A stretch of DNA of 46,220 nt, from the NCBI GenBank assembly GCA_019058015.1, contig JAHLWH010000095.1:1-46220 (forward strand), in the 5' to 3' direction. Positions 20,976-30,657 of this stretch are shown here, piece after piece (position 1 is the first letter of the stretch; every line of letters starts with the position of its first letter). This stretch comes from Promethearchaeota archaeon (GTDB lineage: Archaea > Asgardarchaeota > Lokiarchaeia > Sigyniarchaeales > SOKP01). A model generated the notes under the pieces. It saw only the letters and a list, made by a program, of their open reading frames with translations, had not been told where the DNA came from and did no database searches. Position numbers and translations under genes: made by a program.

Positions 20976-21983
20976 TTATATTTCTTTAACGGTAAGAAAT
21001 TTATCAATCATTTGGAATGCAAGCATTTCAAATGCATCATTTACTCCTGTCCCATCTTTCGCAGAAGTTTCAAAATATGAGAGGCCTAATTCTTTTGCTA
21101 GTGCTTTTGCTTCTTCTTTTGTTACATCTCTCTGGTCTATTAAATCACTTTTATTCCCTACTAAAATTAATGATGTTTTCTTCGAATCTTTTAATATTTC
21201 TTCATGCCATTTCTTTATTTTATCAAAAGTATCTCTTCTCGCTACATCAAATACTAGTAATCCTGTTTCAGAATTTCGTAGATAAGTTTGGCGAACTCGA
21301 GCGAATTGAGCTTGTCCTGCAAGATCCCATATGACGAAACGAACTTTTGTATTCAAATCTTTAAATTCACATTCTTTTTTCATAATGTTTGTGCCTATTG
21401 TTGCTTTATAACTTTCTTGGAAATTATCATGAACAAATCTCATTACCATAGATGTCTTACCAACACCACCTTCTCCCCCAAGAATTAATTTGTAAGCATA
21501 CTCTTCCGATTTTACGCCAATTTGTTGAAGTTTTCCTTCTTTTTTTGTAATTATTTCTGACCCAACCTTTTTATAAAGATTTGGTATAACGGGACTTACC
21601 TCTCGGCCATCAAATATTCTTGCAATTTTTTCTGCAGCTAAATAAGCATAGGGAAAAATGGGATCAATCATTGCAATACCATCCAAGATTGAGATAAAGA
21701 CAGCATCCTCTCCGGCTTCGCAAAAGATTAATCTATATTCCTCTGTATCAAATGTTCCTGTTCCAAAATTCCCAGAACTAAATTCTTGTGTAATTCTTTT
21801 CAATACAGGCTCGATTAGTGAAGATAAACCACCAACTATTTCCTCATCAATTTTATCTTCTCGAGATTGTGAGGCTAGGACCAATCCTTCTCTGTCCACA
21901 ATTATTGCAGCTAAAAGATCTTCTCCCACAGTATTAAAATACCATCTTAATAAAGCTTCTAATTTTTTTCTATCTATTGACAT
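20976..21983 (-). CDS. Roadblock/LC7 domain fused to a Rab-like small GTPase
   Basis: N-terminal LAAIIVDREGLVLAS roadblock motif. G1 GEGGVGKT, G2 T, G3 WDLAGQ, G4 NKSD, G5 ETSAK. Confidence 0.92.
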   Translation of the reverse strand: MSIDRKKLEALLRWYFNTVGEDLLAAIIVDREGLVLASQSREDKIDEEIVGGLSSLIEPVLKRITQEFSSGNFGTGTFDTEEYRLIFCEAGEDAVFISILDGIAMIDPIFPYAYLAAEKIARIFDGREVSPVIPNLYKKVGSEIITKKEGKLQQIGVKSEEYAYKLILGGEGGVGKTSMVMRFVHDNFQESYKATIGTNIMKKECEFKDLNTKVRFVIWDLAGQAQFARVRQTYLRNSETGLLVFDVARRDTFDKIKKWHEEILKDSKKTSLILVGNKSDLIDQRDVTKEEAKALAKELGLSYFETSAKDGTGVNDAFEMLAFQMIDKFLTVKEI

Positions 21984-22195
21984 GACATAGAATTAATATA
22001 ATTATAGTTGTAATTGTAAATAATATAAAAATTAAGTAAAATATAATAAGCTTTAATAAAAATTTTTTAGATAGAATTAATAACTTATTCGGATGATAAT
22101 CTAAATATTTGTTTTTGTAATTAAATTGGAAAAATTTTTAATTTTTTATTAAAATAATTAATTGATATTTATATCTTTAAAAAATTCTAAATAAA

Positions 22196-22308
22196 GAAGG
22201 AGTCGCCAAGCATGGTCAAATCTTGATTTAGGTCAAGAGATTAGAGGTGATGGACTGAGGTTCCATTGGCGTAGGCCTTCGGGGGTTCAAATCCCCCCTC
22301 CTTCACCA
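22196..22308 (+). tRNA. tRNA-Leu(GAG) with a 25-nt D-arm intron at 21/22 (22220-22244) and encoded CCA
   Basis: Acceptor GAAGGAG/CTCCTTC-A-CCA, anticodon arm ATGGA-CT-GAG-GT-TCCAT, long variable arm, T arm GGGGG-TTCAAAT-CCCCC. Confidence 0.92.
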
Positions 22309-22336
22309 ATTTAATTTTTCAATTTTAGATAAAAAT

Positions 22337-22369
22337 AATTAAGAAACAAAATTTCGCGTTTTCTTAATT
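22337..22369. terminator. Inverted repeat between the convergent tRNA-Leu and glycyl-radical genes
   Basis: AATTAAGAAA (22337-22346) / TTTCTTAATT (22360-22369). Confidence 0.4.
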
Positions 22370-22378
22370 TAAGTTTGA

Positions 22379-24778
22379 TTAAAAAATATTTTCTAACCTG
22401 TTAATTATGTCATTTTGAATTGGTGTTCCAAGATCAATAAATGAAGCATTATATCCACCTACTTTTACGATTAAATCAATAAATTTTTCAGGATGTTTCT
22501 GAGCATCTTTAAGAGTTTCTGTTGAAACTACATTTGGTTGAATTTGCATACCCCCTGAATCAAAGTAGGATTTTAATAAAAAATAAAATTTGTCTATGTT
22601 TTCCTCCTTTTCAAGATTTTGTGGATGAATTCTAATGTTAACTGCAACTCCATTTGTAGCGTAATCATAATTTAATTTAGCTACAGAATTTAAAATGGCT
22701 GTAATTCCATTTTTTTCAACTTTGTTTACGGGAGATAAACTATTTGATATCGGTTCCATCGCTTTTCTTCCATCAGCAGTGGGTCTGGTAAAAAATCCTT
22801 CCATAACGTGTATTCCCATTGAGTATGCTCCAGCATTATATCTACCTCCTCTGAGTGGTACATGTTTAACAACTTCAGAATTAAATAAATCCCATAACTC
22901 TATTGCAAGAGAATCAATACTTTTTTTATCATTACCCCATTTATCATAGTTGTTAATCAATTTTTGTCGAAATAATTCTTTATCTTTAAAATTAGAATTC
23001 ATAATTTGAATGAATTCAGGAAGCGATATTAGGTTTTCTTCATATACTACTTTTTTAATGTTATATAATGAATCGACTAATGTTGCAAAACCATACCCGG
23101 TTATGGAAGAAAAGTTATATTTTGCACCTCCACAAACATAATCCTTCCCACTCTCCATACATCCTTTTAATGTAGCTGAAATGAATGGATCTTGAAAGTA
23201 TTTCATTACTTCAATATCACCCACTTCTGCTATTTTTACTGACTTATTTATATTAAATTTTAATTGATGAATAAAGGCTTCTAAAAGATTTTCAAAAGTT
23301 TTAAAGATTGTTGGATCTCCAGTCTGTAATCCATCAACCATTTTTGACATATTACTATACCCATTATTCAAAGTTAATTCTAAAACACCAGGTAAATTCA
23401 GAAACATTCGAGCAGTTGCTTCAAAACTGTTACCTTGACCAGTAGGTTCAACGCATCCAATTAAAACATAATCTCGAGCATCTTCTAAAGAATATCCTGC
23501 TTTAACCAATGATGGGACTATAATATCATCATTATAAAATGCTATTCCTGAAGTATATTTGAAAACTTTTATTACTTCTTTAAAAAATTCTTTTGGTGTA
23601 TTTTTGTGTATTCTCACCGATAAGTCCGTAGTAAAAATCTTTAGATTTTTATAAGCTTCAAGAAAGAGATAAGAAAGATCATTTGTAGCATCAACTCTAT
23701 TTTTATCCATCCCAGAAATAGTTATTGTTTGAGTATTTTGACCTAGTGCATTGGCAACCATTGTATAATCTGTTGGTAATATTGTAACATTCCAAGTTAA
23801 TTTTAAATTTAATTCTTCTATTAATTCTAAAGCAAATTTGTGAGTAATCTTATTTTGTTTTAAATCTTTTTGATAATAGGGCCATAAAATTTGATCTAAT
23901 CTTCCTAAAGCGATAACACTTCTATTATAAATGATGTTCGCTATATTTTGAGTAAACCATATACACTGAATTGCCTCATAGAAGGAATCAGGAGGTTTTT
24001 GACCAATTTTTTTCATCATTTCTGCAATGGTTTCAAGCTCATTTTTTCTCTGGTTATTTTTTTCATTATATGCTTTTGCATAAGCAAGATCTGAATAACG
24101 TAATGAAAAATCAATGGCTGCTTTATAATATATCTTTACAGTTTCATAAAAATCGTTTTTTTCCTGATATTTATGATCATTCTTATCTAGTAGTTTTTGA
24201 TATGATTCAGCTTCTTTAATTATTCCAGCATAACCTAGTTTTAGCAATTTTTCATAACCAGCAGATAAATGACCTTCTGAAGTTCCTATTTGGATAGCGA
24301 TATTAGGAGCGACAGCATCTAACTTTCTAGTACTACTGATAAGCTTTTCATCAACCAATCGTTGATATATAATATTACTATATAAAGATTTTCCCTTCCA
24401 AAATGGATCAAGCTCTAATAAATCATCAATTTCATGATTTTCAATTTGGAAAGGTTGAAGTTTTCTTTTTCCGAATTTTAAAATACTACTACGTTTACTA
24501 AAATTATCATCATAGGAAAGTAAATCTAAATTGATTTTATCGCCTAAATTTTTACTCGTTTCATTTCCGACAAGCAATTCATCATTTCTAATAAAAATAG
24601 TCATGTTCTTCAAAGTGTGTGCAAGTGCCTGAGCTCTTTTCAAAATTTCAGGGTCTTCTTTATTTTCTTTATATATTTCGGTAAAGAATTTAATACGTTC
24701 TATGCATAAATCATAATTACTTGAAAGAAGATCCATTTTTAACTTGATGGTTCTTTGCAGTGGGTTTTCAGTGCTCAA
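22379..24778 (-). CDS. Glycyl-radical enzyme (PFL2/PflD-like family), substrate unknown
   Basis: RAQAL..IFIRNDELLVG, LGRLDQILWPYY, Cys loop IGCVEP, NSLSP, Gly loop LIVKVGGYNASF. Confidence 0.93.
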   Translation of the reverse strand: MSTENPLQRTIKLKMDLLSSNYDLCIERIKFFTEIYKENKEDPEILKRAQALAHTLKNMTIFIRNDELLVGNETSKNLGDKINLDLLSYDDNFSKRSSILKFGKRKLQPFQIENHEIDDLLELDPFWKGKSLYSNIIYQRLVDEKLISSTRKLDAVAPNIAIQIGTSEGHLSAGYEKLLKLGYAGIIKEAESYQKLLDKNDHKYQEKNDFYETVKIYYKAAIDFSLRYSDLAYAKAYNEKNNQRKNELETIAEMMKKIGQKPPDSFYEAIQCIWFTQNIANIIYNRSVIALGRLDQILWPYYQKDLKQNKITHKFALELIEELNLKLTWNVTILPTDYTMVANALGQNTQTITISGMDKNRVDATNDLSYLFLEAYKNLKIFTTDLSVRIHKNTPKEFFKEVIKVFKYTSGIAFYNDDIIVPSLVKAGYSLEDARDYVLIGCVEPTGQGNSFEATARMFLNLPGVLELTLNNGYSNMSKMVDGLQTGDPTIFKTFENLLEAFIHQLKFNINKSVKIAEVGDIEVMKYFQDPFISATLKGCMESGKDYVCGGAKYNFSSITGYGFATLVDSLYNIKKVVYEENLISLPEFIQIMNSNFKDKELFRQKLINNYDKWGNDKKSIDSLAIELWDLFNSEVVKHVPLRGGRYNAGAYSMGIHVMEGFFTRPTADGRKAMEPISNSLSPVNKVEKNGITAILNSVAKLNYDYATNGVAVNIRIHPQNLEKEENIDKFYFLLKSYFDSGGMQIQPNVVSTETLKDAQKHPEKFIDLIVKVGGYNASFIDLGTPIQNDIINRLENIF

Positions 24779-24969
24779 TCTAAAACCAATACCTTTCTTT
24801 AAACACTATTTTTTTTTGTGGATTCTTAAGTAAAATATTAATTACATTTACTATTTCTTATAATTTTAACATAATTTTGCTTATTTAAAAAATCAATTGT
24901 AATATTTATTTAGATTTTTTTTAATCGTATTTTAATAGAAGTGAGTAAAAAATTTGATTTAAGATAGGA

Positions 24970-27900
24970 TTAGAAAAAGTCTGATAAATGATGTTGCCTA
25001 ATTTTTGGATTGTTAGCTACAGATTTTACGTATGACTCAATTAATTCCATTCTTTGTTTAGTATAATTATCTAAATCAAATTCTTTTATTATTTTTAATG
25101 AGCGGGAAATATATTTTTCGATCCCACCACGATTCACTGTTAAGATGATTTTTCCACCACATTTACATATACCTCCTGTGTATAAAGGTGGGGTTCTATA
25201 TTTTTCATTACATTTAACACACCTAAAGTTTTGATTGGTGAATGAACGCAGGTTTCCAAGAATGTCAGGAGTTAAATGAGTTTTTAAAATTCTTCTGGCA
25301 ACATCTTGGACATTTACAGACTTTATGATTTTTGCCAAATATAATTGAGCATGTATTTTTTCATCTATTTTTTCATATAATTTATAGGCCGTAGTAAGAG
25401 GGCCAGCATTAATTGATTCAGTGGGATGAGTGAATCCAAGTTGTTCAAATTGGAGTTCAGATCCGAGACGTGTGCTTTCCAATTCCATTTTATCAATTAT
25501 TTCAATAGGATCCAAATATTTCTCTGTACTTTCATAAAATTCTAAGGGATATTGATAAAGAGTATCAATGTTATGGGCCTCTGAATCAATTTCATTTGGG
25601 TCAAGCCTTACTGATATAACAAGTGGTTCATCCATTTTTCCTCCAATTTTACTTGGAAGATAATGCAGTGAAAAATTAAGTAAACAATCCATTAATAGCA
25701 TCAATCCATCTTCATCCCCATCACAATTACGACGTTTCGCAGCATGCCAGAAAGGGTGTGCGTAAATAGCCCTAGCTGATGAAAAGCCAATAGCTCTCCC
25801 AATTATTCCTGCAGAAGTATGGGGTGCTAAACCTATAAAGATTTGGCCTATTAAATCAGATTTATTCTTAATATTATAAAATGGATTTATATTATAGAAA
25901 GTTTTCAATTCTTCATCAAGAAAATTGGCAACTTTTCCAAAATATTTTGCACTATGTTCAGACAAAAGAATATCTTGTACTTTTAATTCAAGAATTTGTT
26001 CATCTTTTTCAAGAGGTTTCCCATAAATGTCATATAAATAACCAAATTCAATTAGTTTCTTTATAGAAGTTCCAATTTCATTTGGTTTGAAGTGTGTCAA
26101 TGGGAGATCAGTTGCATCATAACGAATTGTGCCATCTTTATATACAAAAACTCCGTGTAATGCTCTCAAGATTCCTTTTTGGAGTGGTTCTGCAACTTTC
26201 ATTAAATTTGTAAGCCCATATACACCCTTGACATTAGGAAGAGAATGATTTATCTCTTTCATAATTGAATTAATATATTTTTTAAAATTGAATAATGCTG
26301 GAGTTGAGTTTTTCAGCATTCCGTTACAATATGGACAAGATACATTTTTTGCATCAACGAATTTCTTGCAATTAGGGCAAAATTTTTGGAATTTTGTGTG
26401 AGTTCCACATGTGTTGCATTTATTAAAAATAGTAATCGTATTACAATTAGGGCATTTTTTTCTGCAAATATCAATTTTGATCTTACCCAATTCAATTGCT
26501 TTTTGAATAGTACGAGAGCTGCCTACTTTTTTACTTAAGGGAAATAATACATGAATTGGAGGTTTCATTTTTTTTTCTTCAGATTTTTCTGGTCGCCCCA
26601 TCCGGGATCCTATATAATGGTAACACATATTTTTGACTTTCGTGGCAGATACTGAATTGAATAAGTCAAAGATATTTGATATTTTAGAGAGATCAATATC
26701 TTTTCTTGATTTTAAACCGAAAATTTCCTCATAGATTTTATTTTTTGCCTTGCTAAATACAATTTTATTGTCAATAATTCTATGCGGGATAAAAGCTTTC
26801 TCTAGGATAGATTTAATTTCTGGAATTATATCCAAAGTTAAAATCCCATTTTTATAATTATCTATAATGACCTTTCTTAATGAGATGATTTCTTTTAATG
26901 TTAAGTTATTCCAAAAATCAGTATAAACCGGATGAAGTGGAATATTTAGAATTTTACTAATAGCAATTGCTTCTTCCGCAGAGGGTATCTTTTTAAAGAA
27001 GTCTGTATGATAAGATTTTAATCTCTCTTCCTCAATGGGAAATTTTTTAATTTTTTCTTTATTCTTTTCCAATGAATTCTTTAAATCTAGAGCCCACCAT
27101 TCTTCACAATATCCACTTGGGAGTAAAATATGATTATTTTCAACGAATTCTCCAAAACCAATAAGAATATCTCCCAAAAAGAGTATTTTTTCAATATCTT
27201 TGTACAATTCGTTAGCCATAGATTTGGTTTTTATCTTTACTACGTTTCCATTTTTTAACAGAACAATTGGTGTATCAATACTAGAAACTGGAACAATGGA
27301 GGCACTTTTTCCGGGTCTTTCTATTTTAACTTGAGTGCCAATGGCTACAAAATTATCTAAAAGAGTCATTGTTACTGGATGCATCCCGCATGCAGCCAAT
27401 CCACTATTGCGTGACCTCCCGTAACGAATTCGATGACCTCCAATTTCTGAAGGATAACTAAAGACTGGCCTTCCAGCGATAATATCAGCAATGAATTTTT
27501 CATTTTTCACAATTGTTTGATGCTTAGATATTATATTCTCTTTATTTAATTTCGATTCACCTGATTCAGATACTTTTATTAACTCATCCAGCCATTCCCA
27601 TCCACTTAAATTCATTTCCTTGGTAATCTTTTGAAGTTTGCTTTTTTTTAAAAGGATTCCGTCATTTAAGACTAAACATGCGCCACCTCTAATTCTATTA
27701 GTCTCTATTCGAGGAAGATCCCTAAAAGCTGATACCTCCTCTTTTTCTGTTGGATCTCCATTAATTTCTACTGGTAAATTTTTAACTGCAAATCTAATTT
27801 CCTCATTAGATGCGGGATATTGCAAATTTAAAATGCGATTATAAAGCTTTATTTCTTCCACCATTCGTCCAATTTCTCCCTCAGTAGCCTTATATTTAGG

Positions 27901-28413
27901 TAAATTTATTTTTTTTCTTACCATATCAGCAAGTAATATGCATAATGCAGTCGTTGTTCCACCAGCGGCTCGTATAGGTCCAGCAAAGTACAAAGATAAA
28001 TAAGAGTTACCTAAATTGTCTTTTCGGATAAGAATTCTTGAAATTCCTTCCAATGGAGCTGAAACAACACCTTGTGTTTTAATCGCTAATGCTGCTCTAA
28101 TTGCTCTATCAACTCTTTCATCCTTTGATTCAATGTTACCTAAATTTTTATCTAATATTTCAGTTGCAATTTCAAATACAATTTCATCTTCATTTAATCC
28201 ATTCGCTTTTAACTCTCTAAGGCGTTTAGCAATTCCTTTTGGTCCAATTAAAGTTTCTACTCTCCCAGCAAGATCTTTAGCAATAGGAGACTCTACATCA
28301 GTTGATGGATCTAATCCCCTACTTCTCGCTTCTTCTGCAATATCGTAAATTTGGTTAACTTGCTGTTCTAGCTCATTAAAATATTCTTCTTGTTTTTTAC
28401 TTAATACTACCAT
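24970..28413 (-). CDS. polC: DNA polymerase D large subunit DP2
   Basis: FAGPIRAAGGT, RYGRSRNSG, GSRMGRPEK, catalytic KRRNCDGDED, Zn fingers, C-terminal PIP box QHHLSDFF. No intein. Confidence 0.98.
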   Translation of the reverse strand: MVVLSKKQEEYFNELEQQVNQIYDIAEEARSRGLDPSTDVESPIAKDLAGRVETLIGPKGIAKRLRELKANGLNEDEIVFEIATEILDKNLGNIESKDERVDRAIRAALAIKTQGVVSAPLEGISRILIRKDNLGNSYLSLYFAGPIRAAGGTTTALCILLADMVRKKINLPKYKATEGEIGRMVEEIKLYNRILNLQYPASNEEIRFAVKNLPVEINGDPTEKEEVSAFRDLPRIETNRIRGGACLVLNDGILLKKSKLQKITKEMNLSGWEWLDELIKVSESGESKLNKENIISKHQTIVKNEKFIADIIAGRPVFSYPSEIGGHRIRYGRSRNSGLAACGMHPVTMTLLDNFVAIGTQVKIERPGKSASIVPVSSIDTPIVLLKNGNVVKIKTKSMANELYKDIEKILFLGDILIGFGEFVENNHILLPSGYCEEWWALDLKNSLEKNKEKIKKFPIEEERLKSYHTDFFKKIPSAEEAIAISKILNIPLHPVYTDFWNNLTLKEIISLRKVIIDNYKNGILTLDIIPEIKSILEKAFIPHRIIDNKIVFSKAKNKIYEEIFGLKSRKDIDLSKISNIFDLFNSVSATKVKNMCYHYIGSRMGRPEKSEEKKMKPPIHVLFPLSKKVGSSRTIQKAIELGKIKIDICRKKCPNCNTITIFNKCNTCGTHTKFQKFCPNCKKFVDAKNVSCPYCNGMLKNSTPALFNFKKYINSIMKEINHSLPNVKGVYGLTNLMKVAEPLQKGILRALHGVFVYKDGTIRYDATDLPLTHFKPNEIGTSIKKLIEFGYLYDIYGKPLEKDEQILELKVQDILLSEHSAKYFGKVANFLDEELKTFYNINPFYNIKNKSDLIGQIFIGLAPHTSAGIIGRAIGFSSARAIYAHPFWHAAKRRNCDGDEDGLMLLMDCLLNFSLHYLPSKIGGKMDEPLVISVRLDPNEIDSEAHNIDTLYQYPLEFYESTEKYLDPIEIIDKMELESTRLGSELQFEQLGFTHPTESINAGPLTTAYKLYEKIDEKIHAQLYLAKIIKSVNVQDVARRILKTHLTPDILGNLRSFTNQNFRCVKCNEKYRTPPLYTGGICKCGGKIILTVNRGGIEKYISRSLKIIKEFDLDNYTKQRMELIESYVKSVANNPKIRQHHLSDFF

Positions 28414-28746
28414 ATTAAACCAAATATTCTGTTTTATAGTTGTAAAATCTGTAATGTAAAATTATATAATACCATATTATATTTTATTCCAATTATTAAG
28501 GAGATATTCAATATCTGTTAAAGAGATATACAGTGCTACTATTTTTTATAAAAAAGAAAAAAATCTTTTATTTACTATAATTAATTGCAAAAATCAATAA
28601 AGTAAAATAGAGTTTTTATTTATTATTCTCTTTTATTTATATCTTAAGAGGTTATTAAAAAAATATAAAAAATATTCAAATAGATATAAAATTGTTGGAT
28701 TTTATGAGTTAATATTTAAAAAATTTATGGAATTTGCTAATAGAGC

Positions 28747-30624
28747 ATGGAAAGAAATCACTCACGTTATAATCAAACAGAGATTAGAAAGTTCTTGATT
28801 AAGAAGTTATTAAAATCTGGTATTAACATATCACCAGAATTATTTAATTTAATTTTGAAGTCAGATGATCCAAATATTAATATTGATATCTTAATAAAAG
28901 AAACAAGTTTCTTACCTTCTTTTAACAATCATATTACGATAGATGAGATACTAAAAATTCCAGAAAATAAAAGACCAAAAATTTTTACAAATTATACTAA
29001 CCAATATCAAAAAATTAAAAATATTTTAAAAACCTCAGAAATTAATAAAGCAGTTGTTGAAATTGAGAAAACTTCAAACATTTCAGAGGATTTGATTAAA
29101 AAAAAAGAAAGTAGCGACATTAAAGCTGAATTTGAAACCACATGTGAGGAAGAAGATAATGAAATTAAAGAAATAATTTCACCTCCCGAAATTTATCAAA
29201 ACGATTTGTTTTCAGAAAAATATGATGTTAAATCGGCTTATGAGACGAAAATACAAAATTCTCTCAAAATTGATGATAGGAAAGTTAGTAAAGTTGAAAT
29301 TAATAAAATAAAAATAAATCAAACTTATTCTAGTATAAAAAGATATAGTCCGTTAGCTAAAGAATATGATGCAAAATTTGAGATATTAAAAGATCCAACT
29401 GGAAAGATGAATACTTCGGGAGAATACGAAGATTTTTTGGAACTTTTTAAAGACAGATTTTATACATTTAAAAAATTAATGAGAAAACGAGAAAATATTT
29501 CAGCAGCAAATAATATTGCAAATATTTTAAGGTTAAATCAAGTGGGCGAGGTAAAAGTAATAGGATTAATCATAAACATTAAAACAACATCATCTGACAA
29601 TAAAATGATACAAATTGAGGATTTAACTGGACGAATAAATCTTTTAGTAAAAAATGACTCAATTAATTATGAGTTGTTCCAAAAAACGAATTATTTAGTA
29701 AATGATATAATGATTTACGTCGAAGGTTTTTATAGACCTGGGGAAAATAATAGACCTGGAATAATTTTTGTTCGAAATCTTACAGAAATAGATGTACCAG
29801 TTTCTTTTAACCCAGCATATTCTGATACTCCTTTATCTATTGCATTAATTTCCGATATGCATATTGGAAGTAAAAAATTTATTCCAAAATTATGGAAAAG
29901 ATTCATTAAATTTTTGAATGGAGAGTTTGGAAACCAAAAAACAATAGATTTTGCAGGTAAAATTAAATATATTATGATAGCAGGAGATTTAATTGATGGA
30001 ATTGGGATATATCCCAATCAAAAAGAAAATTTAGAAATTTCAGATATTTATAAACAATATGAGAAAGCAGCAGAGTTATTAAGAGAGATACCATCTTATA
30101 TTAAAATATTTTATTCACCTGGATCTCATGAACCAGTGCATAAGGCATTGCCTCAACCCGCTGTTCCAAAAAAATATATTGAAGGTTTGTTTGATTTGGG
30201 TGTTATTTGTGTGGGAGATCCAGTTTTAATTCAAACTGAAGGCGTAAAAACGTTATCATTTCATGGTGACAGTTTAATTGATCTTAATATGTCAATTCCA
30301 GGTTTATCTCACGAACAACCCACAAAATCGATGAAAGAAATATTGAGATTTAGGCATTTAGCACCCTCATACGGAGGAAAAAATCTAATTGCTCCAGTGA
30401 GAAAAGATTGGTTAGTAATTGATACTATTCCTGATATTTTTCATACCGGTCATATTCACATAAGTGGTTTTGGGAATTATCGTAATATTTTATTAGTAAA
30501 TAGTGGATGCTTTCAAAATAAAACTAAATATATGGAATCTTTCGGAATCAACCCAACTCCAGGTCGGATTGGTATTATTGAACTAGATAAAAGGAAAATA
30601 ACTGAAATCAATTTAAATAGTTAA
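28747..30624 (+). CDS. polB: DNA polymerase D small subunit DP1 (exonuclease subunit)
   Basis: OB fold (IEDLTG), phosphoesterase motifs SDMHIGS, AGDLIDG, PGSHE, FHG, RHLAP, GHIH, NSGCFQ. Confidence 0.96.
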   Translation: MERNHSRYNQTEIRKFLIKKLLKSGINISPELFNLILKSDDPNINIDILIKETSFLPSFNNHITIDEILKIPENKRPKIFTNYTNQYQKIKNILKTSEINKAVVEIEKTSNISEDLIKKKESSDIKAEFETTCEEEDNEIKEIISPPEIYQNDLFSEKYDVKSAYETKIQNSLKIDDRKVSKVEINKIKINQTYSSIKRYSPLAKEYDAKFEILKDPTGKMNTSGEYEDFLELFKDRFYTFKKLMRKRENISAANNIANILRLNQVGEVKVIGLIINIKTTSSDNKMIQIEDLTGRINLLVKNDSINYELFQKTNYLVNDIMIYVEGFYRPGENNRPGIIFVRNLTEIDVPVSFNPAYSDTPLSIALISDMHIGSKKFIPKLWKRFIKFLNGEFGNQKTIDFAGKIKYIMIAGDLIDGIGIYPNQKENLEISDIYKQYEKAAELLREIPSYIKIFYSPGSHEPVHKALPQPAVPKKYIEGLFDLGVICVGDPVLIQTEGVKTLSFHGDSLIDLNMSIPGLSHEQPTKSMKEILRFRHLAPSYGGKNLIAPVRKDWLVIDTIPDIFHTGHIHISGFGNYRNILLVNSGCFQNKTKYMESFGINPTPGRIGIIELDKRKITEINLNS

Positions 30625-30657
30625 GCTATTAAATAATAACTAATTCTTGTAAAAAAA

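Noticed and set aside
19599-24778. Integrated element at the tRNA genes
   Set aside because: No duplicated tRNA 3' end, integrase or transposase was seen.
24970-28413. Inteins in DP2 (also checked rpoB, nrdD, cdc6)
   Set aside because: Lengths are normal, motifs are contiguous, and no intein splice motifs were seen.
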